From an uncultured Verrucomicrobiae bacterium (GTDB taxonomy: Bacteria; Verrucomicrobiota; Verrucomicrobiia; Chthoniobacterales; UBA10450): a stretch of 64,000 nt of DNA. The notes below the pieces were generated by a model, which was not told where the DNA came from, did not search any database, and saw only the letters and a program-made list of their open reading frames with translations. Positions 1 to 9,092 of this stretch are shown piece after piece (positions within the stretch are counted from its first letter, which is position 1; each line of letters opens with the position of its first letter). The DNA lies in assembly GCA_963756875.1 (NCBI GenBank), contig CAVWPA010000003.1, positions 1-64,000 on the forward strand. Reading direction: 5' to 3'. Both the position numbers and the translations under genes were made by a program.

Positions 1-2883
1 GAGCAGGCGCCACGAATCCGCTTGTCGGCCGTTATGCCTTCTGGGATTGATGATGAGAATAACAAAATCAACATCAACACATCTTACGGAAAGCCATTTC
101 CCCCGACTATCCTCCAACCGGTTCTACGGCTGGCCGATATACCCACGGAAACCCTCCGTTCACGATATCAGGAACGCCATATACATTAGGGCATCCAATC
201 TCCGTCGAACTAGGGGTCCTTCCCGGCTTGGACGTTGCCGCGCTACGTAATGCAGCTTCTGTTCGACCGCTCACATCGACAGAAGAAATAAAGCAATTTG
301 TGGCCGCGGGCCCGCAGGCATTCTACGAAGCGAACAAATTCTTTCTAACAAGTTTTAATTCTGCTCCTGAATTTAATGCGTTTGGCAAGTCGCGGATTTT
401 CATTGCCGATTCGATGTACTATCCATACGACTACACGAATTCGATCGCAGGTGTAAATACTAACCCCTACTGGGATACCGGGTACGCATACCGATCAGAG
501 CCAACGACGACTGGCGTCGTCGTCGACACGACCGAACCGCTCATCATTCATTCGTACCTAATGGACGATTGGGGCTCGGCGGGTTATGACAAAGCCGGCG
601 GGACGCCGAGTTCTGACTCCCCTATTGCCAACCCTGCCGTAGCCGCCGTTCAGAGGATTGCCAACTACCTAAACACCTCGTGGCCCGGCTACACTGGGAC
701 TTTTGTTTCAAAATACGGTCTACGAGAGGCGGAACAGATTGCTTGGAACATTTATGGAATGGAGGCCGCATCGACTGTTCCAAACACTACTACGACGGAG
801 GGAGCGTGGGCGAATACAACCTATCGCACTACATATGGCCCTCCGAAAAACATGAAATGGTCCTCGTTTCTGTGGGATGGGCCTCGGAAGTGGAGCCCGC
901 ATTCTACCTCAAACACGCAGCCCATTGATTGCTAAAGTTGGGGTTGGTCTATCATTAGCCCAAAGAGGAACAGGAAGTGGTAGTCCATACATGATAGATC
1001 CGGCAACGGGAAAGAGCATTAAAGGAACTACAAAGTATGGGGTCAACGTCACAATGGCCTTTGAATTCTACCTGCCGTCAGGGTATCAAGGGTTTCATTC
1101 GGTAAGTAGTGGTAACGGAGTCGGCTGGGGCTCTAAGTGGAAACGGCCGAGTGTACGTTGTCCATTTTGAGGCTACGATTAACGGTCAACCGGTAGTTCT
1201 TACGAGACAACCGATAAGTCCGCAGTGGCCTACGATGTGAACGGCTCGGACACGAAGATGGTAGTGGATGCGGGTTCGGTTGCCGCTTTAAACCCAAATG
1301 CAGTCGCAAATGACGGTGACAGAAAGGTGAATGCTCTCGCGGTGACTGGCGACTTCGGGACAGGGGATCCCGCCTCTTCGGGTAATTCGACATATGTAGT
1401 CAAATTATGGGATGCTACAATCAAATCCGGGTCCAGCAATTAGCAATATCCGGCTGAGATTTGTTGCGACGACCGCTTCGACAAATTCTGGATCAGCCAC
1501 GACTTGGGATCGCATGCGTACCAAATCAGCCCTATTCGGGATATTGATCATGCGCCCGGTTTTGAAGCGGGTGACGAGGCGAGCTCTGATCCATCTAAAC
1601 ATGGATCAATCCATTTTCCCGACACGATTAGCGTCGATTCGAACCTCGGCTATCAGGGGCCTAGTTTCGGCGGACCCAAAGTTTGGGCTGTAATGGAGAC
1701 GACCGACTCTCGCGTTAACCAATTAGATGGAGACTGGAAGAAAAGCGACCCGGCGAATTATGGAAGCCTTTTCGGTAATACCACCGGCACACGCACGCTC
1801 CCGACCTATCCTGCTTCGTCCGCAGACGGCGACGAAAGTAAACTCGCTTTTCCTGACTGCTCGCAATTTACGCTCAGCGGATTTATTCCAACCCACCGAG
1901 GCGGCAGGCCCCACGATACAGATAAACGAATGAACTCTGTTGGATGGCTTTCTTGTGTCTCGACTGGGATGCAGTCGGGTAAACCTTGGCGGACGCTTAA
2001 ATTTCAGCCAGGCGGCAATGGCGATCCCCCTGACTGGCTTCTAATGGATTTATTCGCGATACCATTTGACGAGCAAGCGCGGATTTATGGAGCGACCTCT
2101 TATTCATACCCCGTTATCAATGACGCCGTGAACAACGTGCGGTTCTCAGCCCTCGGGTTGCCGTTCGCGCTGACTTACATGAATAGCACGGCAGGAAAAA
2201 TCAATATCAATGCCAAGATCTTTCCGGACAGATCGACAAACAGTAATTTTGCGCCGCCAGACCGCACTCTTCCTTTGCAGGCCCTTTTCGAGAACATGTA
2301 CCGAGGAACGACTCAGATAACATCGACCTCCGGCACCGCGGGATATAATTCGAAAACGTTGGCAACCAATGTTCTAAATCAAGTATCATCGTCTGGATCT
2401 CCCTTTTTAGGTCCCTATAAATATGCAGGCGAGATCTGTGAGGTCGCTGGAATTGCTGACACCGGCGCGAATGAATGGGAAAAAGAAGCCATAATTCGAA
2501 ATCTCGGAAGCCTGATAACAACACGTTCCAACGCTTTCGGGGTGTGGGGCGTTGCACAAACTATTAAAAAAGCTCCGCAAAATCTCAGCGGCGGCGGTAG
2601 CAACCCAGGTCAGTTTCAGGCTGGCGATCAGGTGACAGGCGAGAAGAGATTCTATGCGATCATTGAGCGATACATTTGGCCCGGTGTAGACGGTGTGGTC
2701 GGAGACGCTCAGACGGATGCTAGTACGTCATACAATCAATTGGGGAGCGAGCCTTGGCTCGCAAGTCCCACAAATACAACTGATGGCGCAAATCCTTCGG
2801 CATCCGGGTTTGAGCAATCATACAACCCTCAAGCCGCGGTAATTAAATACAGAATTCGTTCGTTCACGTATCTTGATGACTAA
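1..2883 (+). CDS. Verru_Chthon cassette protein A-like large protein, 5'-truncated by the window edge and broken by several frameshifts in the first ~1.5 kb
   Basis: Reading across frames gives GRYAFW-IDDENNKININT near 27-84. The open C-terminal part (1504-2883) has PPDWLLMDLF, STAGKININ, GEICEV, LITTRSNAF and GEKRFYAIIERYI, which resemble TIGR02600-type motifs as I recall them. Fragments 228-935, 877-1170, 1225-1443 and 1412-1500 join by indels. Confidence 0.6.
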
Positions 2884-3529
2884 ATTGACATTTCACTGCG
2901 CTAGCCTCCTTTTCGCGTTGTTGCTGGCTGGAAATTGTTTCTCACAGCAAGAGAATAACGGTCCTCATTTCCGTCCTCTTTCCCCGACCGAGCTTCTAAA
3001 ATTTATCCCGCCTGCGCCCAACGGTTGGAAGGTGACGCTATCAAGAGCATCCAACCAAGTAAGCTCGTGGCTTCTGACAATTGCTGAGAGATCGATGGAG
3101 TATACCCCTCCCCCCCGGCAAAGCGGGCAGACTTCGCCCACGATGAAGACGTCGATCACGCTAATGGATTCGGGAGGCGAGCAGATGTCCGCTGGTCAGT
3201 TTGAGAATTTTAAACCAGGGCTTTCAGGCAACTTGGAAAAGGCGCTAATCAATGGCTGCCCGGTGGTGATCACGAAAGGCCCGAACGGCCAGGAACGGGC
3301 GACTATGAACATCAACAATCGCTTCCTCGTCGTTCTGGTCGTCGAAAACCAATCTCAAGGCGCGGCAAAAACATGGGCATCTGCGGTCGACGTAACAAAA
3401 CTCGTCGCTGCAAGCAGAGCATCGCCGCTTATGTCGAAGCTGCCAAGCGAAGTCCAGATCGAATTCGTGGATGAATTAAATCCAAGTAAGAACCGAAAGG
3501 TTGTTCAAGCTATTAGAACTAGCCGGTGA
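2873..3529 (+). CDS. Hypothetical exported protein
   Basis: 218-aa ORF overlapping the upstream stop, with a signal-peptide-like N-terminus (LLFALLLAGNCFS). Confidence 0.7.
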   Translation: MMTKLTFHCASLLFALLLAGNCFSQQENNGPHFRPLSPTELLKFIPPAPNGWKVTLSRASNQVSSWLLTIAERSMEYTPPPRQSGQTSPTMKTSITLMDSGGEQMSAGQFENFKPGLSGNLEKALINGCPVVITKGPNGQERATMNINNRFLVVLVVENQSQGAAKTWASAVDVTKLVAASRASPLMSKLPSEVQIEFVDELNPSKNRKVVQAIRTSR

Positions 3530-3548
3530 AATTAACCAGCGCGCTAAT

Positions 3549-3857
3549 CTAATGCGGTGTTGGCGATCCATGACTCGGCGCATCCAGCGTGGAATGATGA
3601 TTCGGGTCCCACATCCATGAGCCGGACGCGGTCGCGGCAGGGCGCGGCGGCGTAGCGATAAAGATGTGACGCGGTTGCGCCGGCTGCGCGAGTTGTTGCT
3701 GTTGCCTCGTCACTGTGGATTGCATTGTCGACGCGGCAGCATGCGTTCGCGGCACGGTCGATACGCCATGCCAGTCGTTTACGCGTTGCTCAAACGGAAT
3801 CTTCCAGCCGAAGTAAATCAGCGCGCCAACGATGAAGATCTCAATCAATAAGCGCAT
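3549..3857 (-). CDS. Small membrane-anchored hypothetical protein (WMWDP motif), paralog 1
   Basis: N-terminal TM MRLLIEIFIVGALIYFGW, Pro/Gln-rich linker and WMWDPNHH motif, shared with the adjacent gene. Confidence 0.75.
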   Translation of the reverse strand: MRLLIEIFIVGALIYFGWKIPFEQRVNDWHGVSTVPRTHAAASTMQSTVTRQQQQLAQPAQPRHIFIATPPRPAATASGSWMWDPNHHSTLDAPSHGSPTPH

Positions 3858-3866
3858 GACATCGAA

Positions 3867-4188
3867 TCACTGATCGTAGTGCCGAACGCCGTTGGCATCG
3901 TACCAATAGGTTCGGCCCTGAGCATCTTGGTATCTTTTTGATGGCTCTCTTGAATCGGTACGCCGGTCGATCAAGCGGCGAATGGTGGCTGGGGTCCCAC
4001 ATCCATTCGCCGGACGGAGTTGGCGCCGGTCGGGGAACGTATCGCACTACGGGTGGGCGAGCGGGCGGCGGCTGGACCGCCTGGGGCTTGGCCGGCGGGG
4101 CGATAAATGGAATTCTCTCGCGTAGAGGCGTGTCCCAGGCGAGATAAATCAGCGCGCCGATCACGAAAATTTCCACCAGCAGCCGCAT
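3867..4188 (-). CDS. Small membrane-anchored hypothetical protein (WMWDP motif), paralog 2, with an apparent +1 frameshift near 3958
   Basis: ATG at 4188, MRLLVEIFVIGALIYLAW...WMWDPSHH. Removing one base at 3957-3958 gives the tail DSREPSKRYQDAQGRTYWYDANGVRHYDQ* ending at 3867, just before the next gene. Confidence 0.7.
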
Positions 4189-4232
4189 GACGCCGCCGAG
4201 GCTGCCAAGATCGCACCGGCCACACAAGCACT

Positions 4233-4282
4233 AAACCGCGGATGGCTCCGCCGCAGAGAGCGAAGGGGTAAGAGGTAAGTGC
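4233..4282 (+). repeat. 50-bp direct repeat, copy 1 (left of TA module)
   Basis: aaaccgcggatggctccgccgcagagagcgaaggggtaagaggtaagtgc, identical to 4888-4937. Confidence 0.9.
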
Positions 4283-4358
4283 GAAGAGCAGGGAGCGCGG
4301 AGCAAAGAGCACGGGCCGCGGACCACTGACCACGGACCACTGACTGCCGATCAACTGA

Positions 4359-4544
4359 TCAGTCGAGATCTAACTCTGCTTTTACTTTCTCCCAAGGAAC
4401 GCCGGACTTGCCGTTATTGCGCTTGATGGCGCTGCGAAGCTCCATCAGGTCTTCCATGTCCTCAATACGTTCCTGAAGCCGACGCACCTGCGCAGCGAGT
4501 GACTCCAGCGTGGGCTTTTTAAGCTTGGTCGTAGCTTCACTCAT
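4359..4544 (-). CDS. Putative antitoxin (61 aa)
   Basis: Acidic helical protein (RIEDMEDLMELRSA...VPWEKVKAELDL) whose start overlaps the end of the RelE-like gene. The C-terminal PWE..K.EL pattern is common in RelE/ParE partners. Confidence 0.7.
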   Translation of the reverse strand: MSEATTKLKKPTLESLAAQVRRLQERIEDMEDLMELRSAIKRNNGKSGVPWEKVKAELDLD

Positions 4545-4786
4545 AGGCTCTCTTCCGATCCTTCACAGCGTACACGCTGATCAGATCCTTTTCCAGAGTA
4601 AACAGTACCTCTGAGGCTCCCAACCCGCATACGGTATTCATGTGTGGTCGCTGTGAGCTTCTTGACGTCGCCAGTAAAGCTGGCCTGCAACGCATCGAGT
4701 CGTCGCCCCACACTGCGTCGCTCTTCTTTTGACAAAGCCCTCAGTTGCTGGCGGGCTGCTTCCTTGATCTGCAGACGGTAGCGCAT
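4537..4786 (-). CDS. RelE/ParE-family toxin, apparent +1 frameshift at 4608-4609
   Basis: MRYRLQIKEAARQQLRAL...DVKKL...EYRMRVGSLR. Removing one base restores the RelE-like tail VLFTLEKDLISVYAVKDRKRAYE*. Confidence 0.8.
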
Positions 4787-4887
4787 TGAAAATGTTCCTG
4801 CGGAACACGTTTGTACAGCGGCAGCTGGCCTTCCACCGCAGCCGCACCGGCCAACGGTTGTCGGAACGATCGAAAGAGCACAAGCAC

Positions 4888-4937
4888 AAACCGCGGATGG
4901 CTCCGCCGCAGAGAGCGAAGGGGTAAGAGGTAAGTGC
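4888..4937 (+). repeat. 50-bp direct repeat, copy 2 (right of TA module)
   Basis: Identical to 4233-4282. Confidence 0.9.
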
Positions 4938-5020
4938 AAAAGAGCAAGGAACGCAGCAAAGGGCATAAAACGGAAAACGCCCAACGCGTTCTCGGGAAAG
5001 CTGACAGCTTCCCCTACAGA

Positions 5021-5100
5021 TCCCTTGGCCCCTTAGCCCTTTGCCCTTGCCCTTTGCCTGCCCTTTGCCCTTTGCCCTTGCCCTTTGCCCTTTGCCATTT
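5021..5100 (+). repeat. Degenerate heptamer tandem repeat (TTTGCCC)n
   Basis: Visible run ccctttgcccttgccctttgcctgccctttgccctttg. Confidence 0.85.
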
Positions 5101-5110
5101 GCACGATTCA

Positions 5111-5910
5111 GCATGCATCGTAAGCGGCTTACGATCGGGGAGGTTTTTCACAGAAGATAACCAAGGTAACGAAGGTTTCTCTTTGGTCTCGAAACAGATC
5201 CGACACTTGGTTGCCTTCGCCTGCCCAGCCTGCCCGCCGTGGTGGGCGAACCCTTTCGGAGTTTCCTTCTGTGAACAGTTCTGCCTCTTGCTTATGTGCT
5301 TACCGCTTTGCCCTTCCCGCAGGCGACACGCCTGCCTCTACAGTCCGATTTCTGAGATTCGACGTTGGGCGTTGAGCGTTCGGCGTTTTCTGCATTCCTC
5401 CGCCCTTCGCTCTTGCCCCATTGCTTCTGGCAGCTCCAGGCATGCATCGTAAGCAGCTTACGATCAGGGAGGTTTTTCACAGAAGATAACCAAGGTAACG
5501 AAGGTTTCTCTTTGGTCTCGAAACAGATCCGACACTTGGTTGCCTTCGCCTGCTCGCGAAGGCTTTCGGAGTTTCCTTCTGTGAACAGTTCTGCCTCTTG
5601 CTTATGTGCTTACCGCTTTGCCCTTCCCGCAGGCGACACGCCTGCCTCTACAGTCCGATTTCTGAGATTCGGCGTTGGGCGTTCGGCGTTGAGCGTTCGG
5701 CGTTTTCTGCATTCCTCCGCCCTTGGCTCTTGCCCCATTGCTTCTGGCAGCTCCAGGCATGCATCGTAAGCGGCTTACGATCGGGGAGGTTTTTCACAGA
5801 AGATAACCAAGGTAACGAAGGTTTCTCTTTGGTCTCGAAACAGATCCGACACTTGGTTGCCTTCGCCTGCTCGCGAAGGCGTTCGGAGTTTCCTTCTGTG
5901 AACAGTTCTG
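5111..5910 (+). repeat. Tandem repeat, ~2.5 copies of a 317-329 bp mosaic unit
   Basis: Units begin gcatgcatcgtaagc at 5111, 5440 and 5757 and are near-identical. Full units contain a 19-bp palindrome, a cacagaag...cttctgtg hairpin, a REP-A copy and gcgtt(g/c) heptamers. Confidence 0.92.
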
Positions 5911-6250
5911 TTCCAGCGACGCGGGAAGCTGACAGCTTCCCCTACAGCGCCGACTTCCGACGTCTCGGTTTTGAAACTCGTTCGCAGCCCATGCTCACTC
6001 GTTCCTACCCTTGTCGCTTTACCTTCTATCTCGCGCGTCCCATGCGCTCCATTCACCAAAACCGAGTCGCCGGCTTCCCTAGGCCGATTCGGTGCGAGCC
6101 GCACAGGCGCTAAAACTCACGGCCTCCCGCCGTAAAGTTCGCGCCCGCGAACCGCTGGCCTCCGACCTCCGGACTTCTTTGAGCGACGGTCATAGACCGC
6201 CGCTACAGCCCTTAGCCCCTTGCCCTTCTCGCAGGTGGGGGGGTCCCCCT

Positions 6251-6269
6251 ATCGTAAGCTGCTTACGAT
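6251..6269. promoter_or_regulatory. 19-bp palindrome ATCGTAAGC-N-GCTTACGAT (candidate protein-binding site)
   Basis: Perfect 9-bp arms. Further copies at 5117-5135, 5446-5464, 5763-5781 and 6558-6576 (one mismatch). Function is inferred only. Confidence 0.5.
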
Positions 6270-6559
6270 GCGCGAAGCACTTTTGCATACGCCGGGAAAT
6301 CGCGTTTCTTGATCTGCGGTAAACGTCGGCGCGCGGGTGCGCGGGCAGGATCGATTGCAAATCTCCACGAGTTGATTTCCGCCGGCGACACGCCCGCCTT
6401 GCGAGCGGCACGCCTGGCCTCGCGGATTGCAACCATTTGCCGGGCTTGTGTCTTTGTCAGCTCGCGCCGGCTCGTGCTCCCGCCACGGCGTCCAATTTCC
6501 GCCAGATATTCGCGGACGTCCCTCGCCGGCTGATGTTGCATCCGTTTCATTGGCCGCAT
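6263..6559 (-). CDS. Small basic protein with EYLAEIGRRGG motif (putative DNA-binding)
   Basis: VREYLAEIGRRGGSTSRRELTKTQARQMVAIREARR resembles the GRKGG/KGG-type small helical motif. Start could be 6559, 6550 or 6541. Confidence 0.6.
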   Translation of the reverse strand: MRPMKRMQHQPARDVREYLAEIGRRGGSTSRRELTKTQARQMVAIREARRAARKAGVSPAEINSWRFAIDPARAPARRRLPQIKKRDFPAYAKVLRAS

Positions 6560-6576
6560 CGTAATCGGCTTACGAT
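6558..6576. promoter_or_regulatory. Palindrome copy overlapping the start of the GRRGG gene (candidate operator)
   Basis: catcgtaatcggcttacgatg (6557-6577). On the minus strand it reads ...ttacgATG, into the first possible start codon. Confidence 0.5.
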
Positions 6577-6647
6577 GACAGGCAAATAAAACTCCGAGAC
6601 CGATTTTTCGCTGTTCGTGCAGGCAACACGCCTGCCTCTGCGGCTAG

Positions 6648-7400
6648 CTAGCGCGGTTGCGCTTTGAGCACGTTGATGGCGTCGCGCAGTTCGGCGGCGC
6701 GTTCGTACAGCTCTTTCGCCACGGCGCTTTCCATTTCCCGTTGCATGATCTCCAGCTTGGAGAGCGGCCGCTTCGCCCGCACTTCTTCCAGCCATTCCTC
6801 CAGAAAATGAATCTCCGAACTCTTTGCCACCAGTTCCGGGAAATTCGATTTCTGGAAAAAATCGATGATCGCGTCCCGGCCGCGCTCGATTTGAACCATC
6901 GCTTCGGGAAACTTTCCGTGCGCCAGGAAAATGGAAGCCTTGGCGCGCGTATTCATCATCAACACATAGGGCCGGAACTGTTGCATGGTCCAGGCAAGCT
7001 CTTCGCGGTCGTTGTGCGCGACGACGAAATCGAAAAGGTCGAGGTTGCGCTGAGTGTCGCGCACCACCCCGGCGAAATCGTTGATCTGAAACAGGCTGAG
7101 GTAACGATGATAGTACTGGATGCCTTCCTGCTGGAGCTCGGCGCATTGTTCCGGTGAAAGCCGATACGGCTTGGCCTGATCCGCGGCGCGCGCGGACCGG
7201 CGTTGATGATAATCGAGCAGCGATTCGCAGCCGAACGGCCGGACGCCATCGGGCCGGCCGTTTAATTCCATTTGCAATACGCCGAGATCGATACGCAGCT
7301 GTAATTTTTCGCGACCATCGAGCCCGACGATTTTTCGCACCTTGATCGCGCCATTCTCATGCGGCCAATCCCGCAGAATGGTGTTCAGATCCAAACTCAT
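6648..7400 (-). CDS. UvrB/UvrC (UVR) motif-containing conserved protein
   Basis: C-terminal UVR motif MESAVAKELYERAAELRDAI; N-terminal KLQLRIDLGVLQME..GRPDG.RP. Likely ATG at 7400. Confidence 0.85.
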   Translation of the reverse strand: MSLDLNTILRDWPHENGAIKVRKIVGLDGREKLQLRIDLGVLQMELNGRPDGVRPFGCESLLDYHQRRSARAADQAKPYRLSPEQCAELQQEGIQYYHRYLSLFQINDFAGVVRDTQRNLDLFDFVVAHNDREELAWTMQQFRPYVLMMNTRAKASIFLAHGKFPEAMVQIERGRDAIIDFFQKSNFPELVAKSSEIHFLEEWLEEVRAKRPLSKLEIMQREMESAVAKELYERAAELRDAINVLKAQPR

Positions 7401-7644
7401 CTTAAAGAAATGATCGAACATTTGGTCTCCGATTGTCAATAACCGTTGAAATTTAGACATTGTAGCGGCGAAAATGTGTGAATTTTCGCTCCCCGGTATT
7501 CTGTAGCGGCGCTCTGTGAGCGTCGCATTTTTTCTGCGAAAAACCGGGGTAAATATCTTCCAGCGACGGTCATCGACCGCCGCTACAGCTCCCCGGGGTT
7601 TGGAAGCTAACAGCTTCCCCTACAGTTGATTCTGATCTCTCCCT

Positions 7645-7843
7645 CGCAGGCGGCACGCCTGCCTCTACAGTTCCTCCCCTTCTTCTGTGGTGGCAGCCGT
7701 GCCGGCTGCGTCTCCTTCTGGTCCTCTCCCCTGCAGGCGGCACGCCTGCCTCTACAGTTCCTCCCCTTCTTCTGTGGTGGCGGCCGTGCCGGCTGCGTCT
7801 CCTTCTGGTCCTCTCCCCCGCAGGCGACACGCCTGCCTCTACA
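7645..7843 (+). repeat. REP/BIME-like array (~2.5 units of ~87 bp) upstream of xerD
   Basis: Alternating gcaggcg(g/a)cacgcctgcctctaca and tgtggtggc(a/g)gccgtgccggctgc, the same two REPs that flank the RAYT gene. Confidence 0.9.
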
Positions 7844-7885
7844 GGGCCTTTGCCCTTTCCTCTTTGCGATTTTATCTTCCGCATC

Positions 7886-8776
7886 GTGCAGCAGGAGATC
7901 GACTCCTTCATCCGCTTCCTGGCCGTCGAACGCGGACTTTCGGAAAATTACCAGCTTTCGACGCAGCGTTCGCTGGGCGAGTTCGCAGCCTGGTGCGCGA
8001 CCAGGAAAAAAATCGAGAAGCCCCGCGACGTGGCGTTGCCGTTGATCAGCGAATATCTGGGCGAACGAAAACGCGCCGGTCTCTCCGCGTCGTCGATCAA
8101 GCTGATCGCGGTGGCGTTAAAAATCTTCTTCCGGTTTCTTGCCGGCAAAGGCGAGATCGAGCGCGATCCGGCCGAGGCGCTGCCACTGCCTCGCATCGAG
8201 CGTTATTTGCCGGAGACGTTGAACGAATTGCAGGTGGAACAATTGATCGAAAACATCGACACGAAAGTCCCCCTGGGATTGCGCGACCGGGCGATCGTCG
8301 AGCTGCTTTACGCGAGCGGGCTGCGCATTTCCGAGCTGGCTAATGCGCGCCTGGAAAATTTTCAGTCCGACGAAGGGATCATTCGCGTCGTGGGCAAAGG
8401 GAACAAAACGCGGCTCGTTCCGGTGGGCCGCAAAGCGTGCGAGGCGCTTGCGGCATATTTGTCGGCGGAACGGCCCAGGCTGGTCAAGCGCCGGACCGGG
8501 AGCGAAATTTTTCTCTCCGAACGCGGCACGAAATTAACGACGGCGCGTATCTGGCAGATCGTGAAACGCATTTCGCGGCATTCCGGGATCGACAAAAACA
8601 TTTATCCGCATTTGCTGCGGCACAGTTTCGCGACGCATTTGTTAAGCAACGGCGCGGACCTGCGAATTATTCAGGAAATGCTGGGGCACGCGGACATTTC
8701 CACGACGCAGGTTTATACCCATGTCGATCAACAGCGGCTCAAGGCCGTGCACCGGCAATTTCATCCAAGAGCGTAG
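7886..8776 (+). CDS. xerD: Site-specific tyrosine recombinase XerD
   Basis: ERGLSEN N-terminus, LRDRAIVELLYASGLRISEL, GKGNKTRLVP, YPHLLRHSFATHLL, LGHADISTTQVYTHV, FHPRA end. GTG start at 7886. Confidence 0.9.
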   Translation: MQQEIDSFIRFLAVERGLSENYQLSTQRSLGEFAAWCATRKKIEKPRDVALPLISEYLGERKRAGLSASSIKLIAVALKIFFRFLAGKGEIERDPAEALPLPRIERYLPETLNELQVEQLIENIDTKVPLGLRDRAIVELLYASGLRISELANARLENFQSDEGIIRVVGKGNKTRLVPVGRKACEALAAYLSAERPRLVKRRTGSEIFLSERGTKLTTARIWQIVKRISRHSGIDKNIYPHLLRHSFATHLLSNGADLRIIQEMLGHADISTTQVYTHVDQQRLKAVHRQFHPRA

Positions 8777-8798
8777 GGGGCCCGCCGTTGGCGGGCAA

Positions 8799-9086
8799 GT
8801 TCCAAGCACCAACATCCAAGCTCCAGGGAAGCTCCAAATCCCAAGCTCCAAGGTCTCTAGTGATTCTGACCTTTGTTTCCTTCGTTTCTTTTTGTGAAAA
8901 TCTGCCGCTTCCGTTTTCTTCTGCCGCCGGGGACTCCGAAAGGCTTCGCGAGCGGGCCTCCAGGGAAGCTCCAAATCTCAAACTTCAAAGCGCGCGACGG
9001 CCTCTTCTGTAGTGGCAGCCGTGCCGGCTGCGTTCCTTTTCTTCGTTTCTAGCGACTCGCGAAAGCTTTCGGAGCCGCTACAGTAG
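8799..9086 (+). repeat. Intergenic cluster of heptamer repeats and REP elements
   Basis: ccaagca/ccaagct/ccaaatc heptamers (8799-8851), ctccgaaaggcttcgcgag hairpin (~8934) and GTAG-type REP-B tgtagtggcagccgtgccggctgc (~9008-9031). Confidence 0.75.
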
Positions 9087-9092
9087 GCGCTC

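Noticed and set aside
5111..5910. Protein-coding repeat ORFs (4934-5452, 5365-5769, 5598-6113)
   Set aside because: They are translations of non-coding repeats, Cys/Arg/Ser-rich, change frame between copies and show no recognisable motif.
5117..6576. The 19-bp palindrome as a chromosomal dif site for the nearby XerD
   Set aside because: dif has two different 11-bp arms around a 6-bp spacer. Here TAA and TTA are 5 bp apart, the arms are symmetric and there are five copies. Kept only as an unspecified binding or recombination site.
7886..8776. Prophage or island integrase
   Set aside because: Length and motifs match housekeeping XerD; no tRNA/att site or phage genes nearby.
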